Shown one piece after another: positions 1-10,620 of a DNA stretch of 64,000 nt (position 1 is its first letter; each line of letters opens with the position of its first letter). Below the pieces are notes generated by a model. It worked only from the letters and a program-made list of their open reading frames with translations, was not told where the DNA came from and searched no databases. Origin of the DNA: Podarcis bocagei (Eukaryota); the NCBI GenBank assembly GCA_964188305.1, contig OZ076903.1, one strand, 5' to 3'. The position numbers and the translations under genes are program-made.

Positions 1-3000
1 GATATTCCACATTCTTCAAGATTTTAGGAGTGGGTGTAGAATATGGGGAGAGAAGCAAGAGTTTTTAATGTGGGCATGCTTATCTTCAGATAAATAAGTC
101 TTATTTCAACAAGAGCCCTCAAATTCCATGTTGGTAACATGCTAAGTCACCAACACTTGCTCCACTCACTGACTCACTCCTTACACAAATGATTCTTTGG
201 CACAGGGGTGAGGTACGTCTTATCAGGGACCATTAACCTATAGAAGAAAAATCAATGAGGAGCTTTGATTCCCCACCCCCATGGGTCGGTGGCCGGAGGG
301 ACACATTTGAAAACATGAATCAGGTTGGCTGTCAGCCAGTCTGATCAGTACCTTCAGTCAGCTCACCTCATTTAAGAGGCTGTCCAGTGCTCTGAAAGTG
401 CAAACTGGGCCCACTAACACCCAAACTGGGCTGCATGTAAAGGAATCCTGAGAACTGCAGCTTGTTAAGATGCTTTGCGAAGGGTAAACTGCAGTTACCA
501 GGATTTGGGGTGTGGGGGCTTTGAATACATGGTGTGTACCCAGCCCTGACCTGCGCTTTCAAAGGTATTCCTCCTGAAATGAGTTGGGCAATATCTTGCC
601 TGAGAGGAACTCCTCACCTTTGTAGCTCCCCTGTGTAAATAGCAAAAGAGGCTTTGGCAGGAGCCTCTTATGCCCTTCAGCCATTTACTCCCAATTGCTA
701 ATCCACACATTTTATTTATTTGTAGAAACAGATGCTGATATGGAATTAATAATAATATACTTATATGGAACCACTGTTTTTGTGTTAACATAATCACAGA
801 AACTCCTAAGCCAAACTGACAAATTTCAACCTGCTCCTTTGAATGGCTGTCTACACATCACAACCACTAACGCTGTGGGAACTAAGAAAGATATCAAAGG
901 GGGGAAATGAGCAAAAAGGCCTCATAAAAACTTCCCCAAATACTTTTATTCCAGCACATGAGTGTTCCCCCATCTTGCCTTTCAAGCCCTATCTCATACT
1001 CCCTTCACGGGAAGTAGAGGAGTTTAGAGGATATGGGATTTTTCTTTTATCAGCGGGGGTGGGGAAGTATTAGTCAACCACTTCTACTTCACAAAGCACA
1101 ATATGGCAGTCCTGCTAGTTCTGCCCCTTCAACAGCCTACCTTTGGGTACACTTGGCACTCTAGGTGGGCTCTACCAAGTGGCCTTCATGCCAACACTTT
1201 TTTCTTTTTAATCTGTGAAGCCTATGTTAATAAAGACATTGCCCAGAAGCTCTTAGGTGAGCAGGTTCCAGCTCTGCTACCCAATGGGGCTGCAGAGTGG
1301 AGGTGTTGGTAAAATGGATGCAGACATCCTGGAAGAGCAGCTGTATCTGGGCTGACATGGGATATGCGAGGAGGAGAGAAAAACACGACACCTGACCACA
1401 AAGAAGTTATTTCGAGAGTGGAAAGTAACCGTCCTCCAACACCCACCTCTAAGTAATGGAAATAGCCCAGCAAATCGACAAACATAATGCCCAGCAATGG
1501 ATTAAAGAATATGGGAGCTCTACGACAACTGAATTTGAATTCTATACATCTGATGCCCTTAGGCAACCCTCATCCACAGATGTGGAACAGTTATGAACGT
1601 CCTGCTAATCCCACAATTTTCATTAGTTGAAACCCCACCCTGACCATTTCCAGAATGCATCTATGATACCACTTCTCTTTTTCATTTAACTTCCTCTTCA
1701 AAGCTAGATTACAACTCCCATTACACACAACTCCAACCATTACCCAAGAGCCTTGCTGGCAGGCCAATGTCAAAATTTACAACGTAATCCTATGCATGTT
1801 GACTAAGAAACAATTCCCACTGAATTTCAATGAGTCCCTAGCGCGGGTAGGATTGCAAGCATTAGCCAGTACTCATCCTTACTGCCCTATCAAACAATGA
1901 AACAAACCATTCCATGAAGACTTTTGGAGCAGAACATGCCTCTCCCCACCAAGAGTAGAACAGAACAGGCATCTCCTTACCTCTCCTGAATACTTACAAC
2001 GCATGAGGGGCTCCCAGTTTAGATGTGTGTGTGTGTGGGGGGGGTGTCTTACTTTACTCCATTTTCTGCCTGATTGTTAATCCATCTCCAGTGCTGTCCA
2101 CCCAACCAGGCAGTGCAGGGGAGGGTGAGGGGGGTGATGAAAGGGAAAGTGGTCCATAAAATGGATTTGGGGCCATAGTTGAAAAAGTAGATTAGACTCT
2201 TTAAGCTGACGGGTGAGAAGGGCAGTTTAGTAGTAGTAAAGTCACTGTTTTTCTCTGGCACAAGATCAAACACCTTTAATTGAGACACTCAACGCAGCAA
2301 ACGATCACTGCCCTCAGAACAAACTGTGCTGGATGAGAGGACTGGGCACAAATGTCACCACCCTCCCACCATGTCCCCTGTGGTATGCAAGACACAGCCA
2401 GCCTGGAAATGGTGAAAGGCAAGCAGACTGTGATCTATACTCAGCAGGCATTCTGCATGAGTAGCGAGAGCTGAAGTTGAACTAGCTCAGAGGTGGCTAA
2501 CGTGTGTTTTTTCCACTGTTGTTGTATTTTAGCTCACTTCACCCCTGACCATTGGCCATGCTGGAGCCAGAGGCCAACAGGTTAGTGCCTGCTATACTAG
2601 GAGGATACTGAATATTGACACAGCAGACCTGGCTCTTCACAGGCCAGAGGTAGAGTTCCTTTTGTTCAGACTGCTGAGCGACAGCATGGTCTGCATATAC
2701 TCTTCCTCACTGCCTCCATTTTAAAAACTTGTTTAACAGTGCAAAAATATTAATAAGAAATTTGTTTATCAGAGGCAACAGTAGAGAGGATGCATATATA
2801 TTCTTACAAACACTTAAGCACACACAGGGAGGGAGACTACAATGTCCCTCTCCTATTCCCTGTAATTCTCTGAAGAAAACTATCACCCAACTCCAAACTT
2901 TTTTACTTCATTATATAAAAAGCAAAGGTAGCCAACTCGGTCTATAAGAAAATAATAATAATCCCAAATCCAGTTGGGCAACACCTTTATTAGGTCCTAC

Positions 3001-3659
3001 AAGTGACATTTTGGTTGGCCGTAATAAAAGGCATCGCACAAGTGTGGATTTTGGAGTTTTTATTTGTTTCTGACATTTTCATCCAAGCCTTCAAGCACAT
3101 TTCAGGGACACTAGCTTTTTTTAAAAAATGTGAAAAAATCCTCCTAGGCTGCCTCCACGTCTGCCCATCACTCCACAAAGCCCCATTTCTGCAGCTCCTG
3201 GAAGGAAAGAAGAAGAAGACAGCCACACAGAACATATTATCTCTTTCGTTTTATTCAAACCCTGTATCCCTGGTGAATGGGAGAGAAGAAATGGGTCAGT
3301 TCCACCCCCCATCTTCCACCTCACAGTCAGTACAGCTCTAGCTCTAAGCTCCAGAGGCACCACTCGCTGTGTAGAAAAACAAGTAGACAAGAAAACAGAA
3401 AACAAAAAGGCCAGATGATGTGGATTCCTAGCACTCAAGCAGCCTCTGGGAGGTGTGTGCTTCTCACTTCAAAGGGCCCCTTTGGTACCCAAGCCACCCC
3501 TTGAAAGGTTGAGAGGCTGAGGCCTTGGAATCCACACCCCAGGGATGGGGGAAAGCACCCCAAGACCAGCTTCTAAGGCCTATGGTATCCGTCTCTTCTT
3601 GCAGGCCACAGCCAATGTTCTGACATCTTTGGTATCTGCCTCCCCTCACCCAGGAGCAC

Positions 3660-4952
3660 TCAGGAGCCTGCAGAACAGAGTCTGTTGTATGCCAGGTTCC
3701 CCAAAACCAGCAACAACATCTCTGAAGTGCTGCTCAGGGCCACAATGAAAGGAGCCTGCGAGGCAAAGTCAGCCTGGGCCCGCTGGAAGGAGAGCTGCAG
3801 CACAGCCAGAGCCAGTAGGCTGTTCTGTACCCCAACCTCAATACTAACCGTCCGGCGCTGTGGCCCAGGCAGCGCTAAGCACCAAGCTAGCAAGTAGCCC
3901 AACAGCAGGCCAAAGAGGGGCACAGTGACGCCCGCCAGCACAATCGGGGCCTGCACATTCGCCAGGATAAAGGCGCCCATGTGGTACGCCATGAAGAGTC
4001 CTCCTATAATGAGGGTGAAGCTGAACGGCTTGATCAGGAGCAGCAGCAGGCGGGCGAGGCGAGGCAGCTTGCACTTGACCAACATGCCAGTGGAGATGGG
4101 CACAGCGATGAAGAGCAGGGTGATGAAGATCTTGAGGAAGGGGACGTGGAGAGTCTCGTGGGCGCCCAGCAACCAGCCGTATAACGTCGAGGAGAGCGGC
4201 ATCAGCCCCGTGGCTGCAATTGTGGACAGGAGGGTCATAGAGATGGCCACGGTGACGTCGCCACCCAGCAGCAGACTGTACAGGTAGCCGCCGCCACCGC
4301 CAGGTGAGGAGCAAGAAATGACCAGTCCCAAGGCCAGCGGCTTAGGCAAGGAGAAGGCCACGGACATGAGGTAGCCGTACAGCGGCATGACCACAAACTG
4401 GCCTAGTATGCCTAGCATGACCGGGTGGGGTTGGCGCACCAGGTTCCACAGAACCTCCACCTCCACCTTGCAGCCAAATGCACATTTGTTGAGGAAGATG
4501 AGAGGCAGGAGAGCATAGAGGATGGGGTTCTCAGAGAAGTGGCCCAGCCCCGACGATGCCACCGGCTCTGGAGCACTGACACGGATCTGGAAATCGGCTT
4601 TCTCGATAAGTCGGTTCTGCTCCAGCAACTGCAGCTGCAGCGGAGCTAGGCCAGCTAAGCTGGACTGAAACCCAACCATAAAACCGCCTCCCCAGGAAGC
4701 GCTGACGTTCTCAACGGCAACAACGGTAGGTTCTAGAGATTCCGCGCTCAGCCAAGCATTGGGCCCTGAATAGCGGCAGGAAACCAGCAAGACACCACGG
4801 CTGTTTGCAGGGAAGTCAAATTCCAACGCTGTCCCGTCCCCCACACTAAGGTAAGGGCTGTCAGCAGTTGCTCCCTGAGCCCAACCAGCCAAAAGCAGGT
4901 GGAGAAAGAAGAGGGCTGCCCCACCCATGGCGCAGCTGGCTGGCAAAGTCAT
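3660..4952 (-). CDS. SLC10A3: Solute carrier family 10 member 3 (P3 protein, sodium/bile acid cotransporter family), single coding exon
   Basis: 430-aa ORF with a signal-peptide-like N-terminus and motifs matching recalled human SLC10A3 (HFSENPILY, NKCAFGCKVE, CSSPGGGG, RRTVSIEVGVQNSLLALA, ASQAPFIVALS). A second ATG at 4928 (gccATGg) has the better Kozak context. Acceptor at 5154; AATAAA on minus strand at 2986-2991. Confidence 0.97.
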   Translation of the reverse strand: MTLPASCAMGGAALFFLHLLLAGWAQGATADSPYLSVGDGTALEFDFPANSRGVLLVSCRYSGPNAWLSAESLEPTVVAVENVSASWGGGFMVGFQSSLAGLAPLQLQLLEQNRLIEKADFQIRVSAPEPVASSGLGHFSENPILYALLPLIFLNKCAFGCKVEVEVLWNLVRQPHPVMLGILGQFVVMPLYGYLMSVAFSLPKPLALGLVISCSSPGGGGGYLYSLLLGGDVTVAISMTLLSTIAATGLMPLSSTLYGWLLGAHETLHVPFLKIFITLLFIAVPISTGMLVKCKLPRLARLLLLLIKPFSFTLIIGGLFMAYHMGAFILANVQAPIVLAGVTVPLFGLLLGYLLAWCLALPGPQRRTVSIEVGVQNSLLALAVLQLSFQRAQADFASQAPFIVALSSTSEMLLLVLGNLAYNRLCSAGS

Positions 4953-5233
4953 GTAAAGGACTCATTCCATGCAGAACTTCTTTCCCTCCCCAGCATGGAC
5001 AAAACATGGATTCACTGGGCAGGGGTCATTCTCCTTTTGGGCTCAGGTCCAAGGGCACCCTCTGCTGATGCAACAGTGATGGCGCAGAAGCATCCAACCT
5101 AATCAGGAAGTGGATAGGGAGGCAGAGTGTGCAAGCACAGTGCACAGTGTTCACCTACAAGGAAATAAACATTGGGTAATTCTTAGAGGCACACACACCA
5201 TGATCAAGTAAACCACTTCATCTGATCTCCTAC

Positions 5234-6532
5234 CAGGGGTCAGCAAACTTTTTCAGCAGAGGACCGGTCCACTGTCCCCCAGACCTTATGGGGGGGCGGA
5301 CTCTCTCTCTCTATATATATACCGTAAATTTCGCTCCAAAACACGCACTTTTTTGCTCCGAGAAAGTAAGGGAAAATGCCTGTGCGTGTTAAGGAGTGAA
5401 TGCACGGATCAGAGCCATGGCTGCCATCAGTCAGGCAAAGCGGGAGCCACTTACACGCTCTACGAGGCTCTCACTTTGCTTTCTTTAAAGCGACCTGGAG
5501 CCAGGAAGGAGGGAGGGAAGGAGAGCCATAGCAGCAAAGCCGGCAGCAGCCGCTTACAGGGGAGGAGGGACAGATGCTAGCAAAGGTCTGCGCCCTCTCT
5601 AAACAGAGCAATGAGGCTGCAGAGAGACGGCAGGAAAGATAAAATTTAAGCAACCAACAGCAAAATAAAACCAACCTCGAGCTCTGAGCCAGCGCAGTGA
5701 AAACCAGGAAGTAAAAAAAAAGGCTGGGGAGGGCATGAGGGAGAGGGGAAAACTTCGCAAATCCCCGCGTCTCAGCTGATCGGCTGGGACGGAGCAGCTT
5801 GTTTTCAGGCAGGATAGATTTGAGCATTGTCTGGGTCCTAGTGCCCCTACCACTTTGTTGTGCTCGATTCTATTGCTGCTGGTGGCTGCTTATCGTTCAG
5901 GCTGCAAGGAGGAGCGCTTTTACACAGCTAATGGCGAATCCCCTGCAATCAAAGTCCTCCTCACTTGCTCAAATCTATTCCGCCTCAAAACAGGGAGCGG
6001 AAGGAAAAGGCTGCAAACTGTTAAATGGAAAAAAAACCCAGGCACAGGGCAAATACCTTAAGTATACCTTTAAAGCAACAGTGCTCTTTCCCTCCCTCCT
6101 CCCCGCGGAAAAGCTCCTTGTCCCTTGAGTTCTTTTCCTTCCCTCCCCACTTAAAACTTGGTTACAAAGCACGGATCCACATGGATCCTCAGGATTTTTG
6201 CATTGGGCTACCCCAAACTCACTGTCAGATCACATGTCTGTGGCCACAGCATGAACCATAAAAATCATACATCCACTGTTTCATTTAGAATATTTTTTCC
6301 TCGTTTTCCTCCTCTAAAAACTACATGCGTGTTATGGTCAGATGCGTGTTATAGAGCGAAAAATACGGTATATAAAATTCCTATGCCCCACAAATAACCC
6401 AGAGATGCATTTTAAATAAAAGCACACTTTCTACTCCTGTAAAAACACGCTGATTCCCAGACCATCCACAGGCCAGATTTAGAAGGCGATTAGGCCAGAT
6501 CCGGCCCCCGGGCCTTAGGTTGCCTACCCATG
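5234..6532. mobile_element. Non-autonomous hAT-type DNA transposon, interrupted by a Tc2-like element
   Basis: Termini CAGGGGTCAGCAAAC ... GTTGCCTACCCATG; similar flanks ctcctac/tcctaac. Confidence 0.6.
5322..6368. mobile_element. Non-autonomous Tc1/mariner (Tc2/pogo-like) element
   Basis: TIRs CCGTAAATTTCGCTC ... GAGCGAAAAATACGG, flanked by TA on both sides. Confidence 0.75.
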
Positions 6533-7549
6533 TCCTAACCCAAGGAAGGGTATTCTGGGCCTGTAGTAATGTGAGACCCTCCAGACGTTGCTGCACTCCA
6601 ACTCCCATCAGCCCCAGCCAATGGCCCGTGAGTTTAGCTACCCTTGGCCTAGAGCATCCCAAGTGAGGGTTGTCATAATACAAACCGTAGAACCCTCTAA
6701 TCTTTTAACAGTCTTGCATCCACAGAGCCTCCTGTTCCACTGTTCCCTCCATTCCCAACAACTGGAACAAGGAGGGCTCTCATTCATTTGAATGACAATG
6801 AGCATGGCCAGGAAACCCCATCTGGGGGCAATTTCACAGGCTGGGCTTGCATACGGGAGGGTGGATGACATAATCGGGATTATGAGAGGGGCAGAGGGAT
6901 TGCCAGAGTGCTCCCAGTCTATGCAACCCTTTGCTCAGCAGAGCTAATCCAATAAAAAGGCAAGCCGGGCAACCCCCTGGGGCACCCAAATTCCAGGGGT
7001 GCCGGCCCCAGATAGCTAAACAAAGGTATGAGGAAGAGCCTGCCTGCCCTTTCAAGCTAGGCAGCAGCCCAGTAACCCTCAGACCTTCATTGGCTGCCCT
7101 GTGTTAAAGGTAAAGACAAGCATAACAATCAGTGTGTCAACATTTCAGCTTGCCTAGGGCAGCAATAATATACGGGGCAGCCCCAAATTTTTCTTTTCTT
7201 AAAAACCACACAAGGAAGTACCTTTTCCCTTAACCTCCCTTTTAAATTCAGCAGATAGTTTTGAAAAGAGAGAACCTTGCCACTTCCCCTATGCAGAGAA
7301 AGACAATGATTTCCCCTGCCTTCCCATCTCAGGATTGTTTTAAATAGCACCAGGCTTGCCATAAATGTACTCGCTCTAGGTGTGTTCCATTTGCTTTGGC
7401 TTGACCTCCTACAATTTCCCTTTATATCCGAGGTGTGTGTATGTTTTTAAGCTGCTCCGTCCAGGCCTGAAGTGTTTCCAACTCCTCAAACATTTTTAAA
7501 GCCCACGAGGGCAAGGGGTTTCCCACAGGAATTGGCCCACCACCCATTG

Positions 7550-8760
7550 CACTCAGTGGCCCCTTTGGCACTCGTGTGAGCGAGAAGGGGGCAGGGAGAT
7601 GCAGGGGAGAAGGGGGCGCAGGGCACGGGCAGCCCACCCGCTTTGCTCTCCTGCCTCCCCTGCAGTTCAGCTGAGTCACTTCTCTCTCCGAGCCATAAAC
7701 ACCTGTTGGGAAAGAGCCCGCTGGCCACAAAACTTGCTTGCTCTCTCTTGCCCCTGTTTTCTTAGGCAAGAGGAAAAGCTCGCCGCCCTCTCGCAACACT
7801 TTCCTCCAAGCCGATTCCACTTTCCCTGAAAGGGAGGCGGCCCGTCCCTTCACCCCCCCCCCAGTGCGCCCTCTTCTCTCCCTCTCTCCCTCCGCTAAAA
7901 AACCCGCTACAAGAGTCTTACCAAAGGCAGACCCCCCAAAGTCAGCAACGATCCAGCAAGAGCCTTGAGCAGCTGCCCCCCCTCCCGATTCTCTCCCAAG
8001 CCGTCAATTAAACAAGTCCTCTGCAAAGGAGCGCTCAGGGAAGCCGCGATCCTCAGCCCGAAAATCTGCCCTGGTCTGACCCCTCCGCCTCTATCGCGCT
8101 CCCACCGCCTCACCTGCCGCCGCCGCCGCCCCAGAGCTGAACTCCGCCGCTGGATTTGGTTGCGTTCTCCTCCTTCCTTCCTCCTTCCTTCCTTCCCCTC
8201 CGACTCCGCCCCCCGCGCATCACAATCATAGCCACGCCCACAGCAACTGAATGCGAATTCATGGCAGGATCACCCCGGGAGTTTAGCAGGGCATGCTGGG
8301 ATTTGTAGTCTCTCCCCCCCCCCGCAAAAAATAAATAAATGCTCTTTAGGCGCAGAGAACAACAGGGGAAACACTTCGGATCTGGTATAAGCAAGAAGAA
8401 TTCCCTCCCATGCTTGTGTGTGTTTTTAAATCTGAGAGAGCAGCAGGAGGCATTAAGCTCGCTCTGTGCCTCGATAAATAGGATCATAGGGGCACTCTGG
8501 GTTCTGATTGGAGGAAGTGGACAACCACGTCTGTCCTAAATGGGAGATTAATAGTTACATTCTGCTCCGTTTAGCAAAAACCCTTTGCCGGGTTGGCTGG
8601 ATCAGAAACTCGCTGAGCGCTGATTGGAAGAAACGGATGCACTCCACCGCTAACTATCTCAATGGGATTAGGCGGTGATGTGATGGAAAGGATTATGCTC
8701 ATCCTTTTATTCGATTGGGCAATTTAAAGGCCTTCTATCCTCGGATTGATGGGATTGGGA
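7550..8760 (-). promoter_or_regulatory. SLC10A3 CpG-rich promoter with ZNF143/THAP11-type motif and CCAAT boxes
   Basis: GCATGCTGGGATTTGTAGT at 8291-8309 (reverse complement ACTACAAATCCCAGCATGC); ATTGG at 8507, 8623, 8714 and 8754; CpG enrichment. Confidence 0.7.
8114..8230 (-). other. SLC10A3: Probable non-coding first exon of SLC10A3
   Basis: GC-rich segment with GCC repeats ending in a strong donor GCAG|gtgagg at 8113; pairs with acceptor ttccttgtag at 5154. The 5' end is approximate. Confidence 0.6.
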
Positions 8761-9064
8761 GGCTTTTTGCTCTGCTGGGATTACGGATTCACTTGTATCA
8801 ATTAAATGCATTTAGTTAGAGTATTTCCTGTGCTTAAGAAGAGGGTTTGGGATTATTATTTTTATTCAGGGATGATGAGAGGGAGGACTTTAATCATTGT
8901 TCCCCTTGTGCAATGTTGTGGGGAAGATATAAACGCAAGGAAGAAAACCAAAAAGCGAGCAGAGTCCTCCCAATGCCATTTCCTGTCAGCTCAGTGTCAA
9001 TATGGCACCAGAGGATGTGCTAAGCAGAGGTTGATAGAAGATAATGGATGGAACTTAATATTTA

Positions 9065-9217
9065 GGATCTGGGATAGCTCAGTTGGTAGAACATGAAACT
9101 CTTAATCTTCGGGTTTGGGGTTTGCGCCCCACATTCGGCAAAAAGATTCCTGCATTGCAGGGGACTGGAGTGGATGATTCTGGGACTCCCTTCCAACTCT
9201 AAGATTCTCTGTGATTT
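9065..9217 (+). mobile_element. tRNA-derived SINE with CR1-like 3' tail
   Basis: A-box-like GATAGCTCAGTTGGTAGA, degenerate tRNA body, and tail cccttccaactctaagattct. Confidence 0.65.
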
Positions 9218-9338
9218 ATATACCACTTCAGATTGCTCAAAGCACTTTACTCATCATGTCTTTTGCAATACTGTACGTATTTACCTGGGTGCTATCCCTA
9301 TTTTACTAAACAGGGCTTGCTTCTAAATATATATGAAA

Positions 9339-9428
9339 CATAGCTGTCAACGTTTCCCTTTTTTTAAGGGAAATTCCCTTATTCTGAATAGGATTCCTCG
9401 TAAGAAAAGGGAAAAGTTGACAGCTATG
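9339..9428. mobile_element. 90-bp palindromic hAT MITE
   Basis: TIR CATAGCTGTCAAC/GTTGACAGCTATG with a perfect 8-bp TSD ATATGAAA. Confidence 0.85.
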
Positions 9429-10220
9429 ATATGAAATAGGATTGTACTATTAGCCACAAGACTGTATTGTTTCAACTTGCTAAATTATGTAACTCACTCC
9501 AAACCACCACATTAAATTGGAACAAATGGCACTTGATAACAATGGAGGTTTTTTCCAAAACACATGGTTTACCTGTCTGTGTTTTTTAAAAATTTTAACA
9601 TCTGTAGGGATTATGATTGGGCCTGCAATCATAATTTTCCTTGTTTTATAGCTCCATCTCAAGATATTTCCCTCCTGCTTTGTAGTCCCATCACCTATTA
9701 AAAGCTCCTATGATTAGGCCTTCAAAAGATGTAACAAGTATACCAATTTAACCACCTTAATGACTGGCAAGCTTGATTGCTGCAGTTCTAGTCTTTGTGC
9801 ATCTGCGTTCCAGTCACTGGGGAAGAACAGCAGGAGGGGGTGATTGCCCTCATCCCCTTGTTATAGGACTGGGGGCAGTGGTGGTCTGGATATCATCTGT
9901 GGGCAGAGGCATACCTAGGCTCCCTTGTGTCCTTGGCAAAGAACTGCATTGGTACACACACACAGTCATGTGCACCTTTGGCAAGATGTTTTGGTGAGGA
10001 GAGGTGTGATTTTTGCACCCTTTCCTGGGTGGGGGTCAACCTAGCAGACCCCTAGGTACGACCCTGTCTGTAGGTTCCCTCCAGGTCTGTAGTTTTATAT
10101 CTGTAAAATGATATTCTGAAGAAAGAATGGCTACTGAAGTAGTCAAACCAGTCTCTTAATAGCTCTAGCCAGGCCTGTTTAGCATCTCTTTGCATGACTA
10201 GGAAGTCCAAGTGACTAATT

Positions 10221-10620
10221 TGTTGCAGAAACTATGACTGGAGATGCTTTCAGAAGCTGAGCAAAAAGTGGACAGGTTCCCTGCCGCCCCCCCACCCTTG
10301 AAGTGATATCATCAGTGAATGTCGGAGGAGAGTAGATCATCAGCTAGGTCAGTTTTGGCTTTTGTGGAAGTCTGGAAACTTAATGGTGGAGCATGATGTG
10401 TTTGAGTGCTAATGCTGTGAACCCTTCCATCTTATACTCAGCCTGTAGATGTGTGTAAATAAAAGCCGGTACTATAAAGATGTGTCTCTAGCATCCTTAT
10501 TTCTAAGGGTAGCACACTCAAGGTGTGTATTGGTATCCCTGAGATCTCTCACCACTCAGGAGTTTCGTCTGCATGTAAAATGCCACTTGTGGACTTCCCA
10601 AAGGCAGAGCCGTTGCTACA
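10221..10620 (+). mobile_element. Possible solo LTR
   Basis: TGTTGCA...TGCTACA ends and an internal AATAAA; no TSD found. Confidence 0.3.

Noticed and set aside
1-2700. UBL4A, expected downstream of SLC10A3 from human synteny
   Set aside because: No ubiquitin-like exons were recognised, and isolated splice-like sites (e.g. near 366, 1980, 2052) could not be joined into a frame.
9065-9150. tRNA-Lys-like sequence
   Set aside because: The acceptor and T arms are degenerate and it runs into a CR1-like tail, so it is a SINE head.
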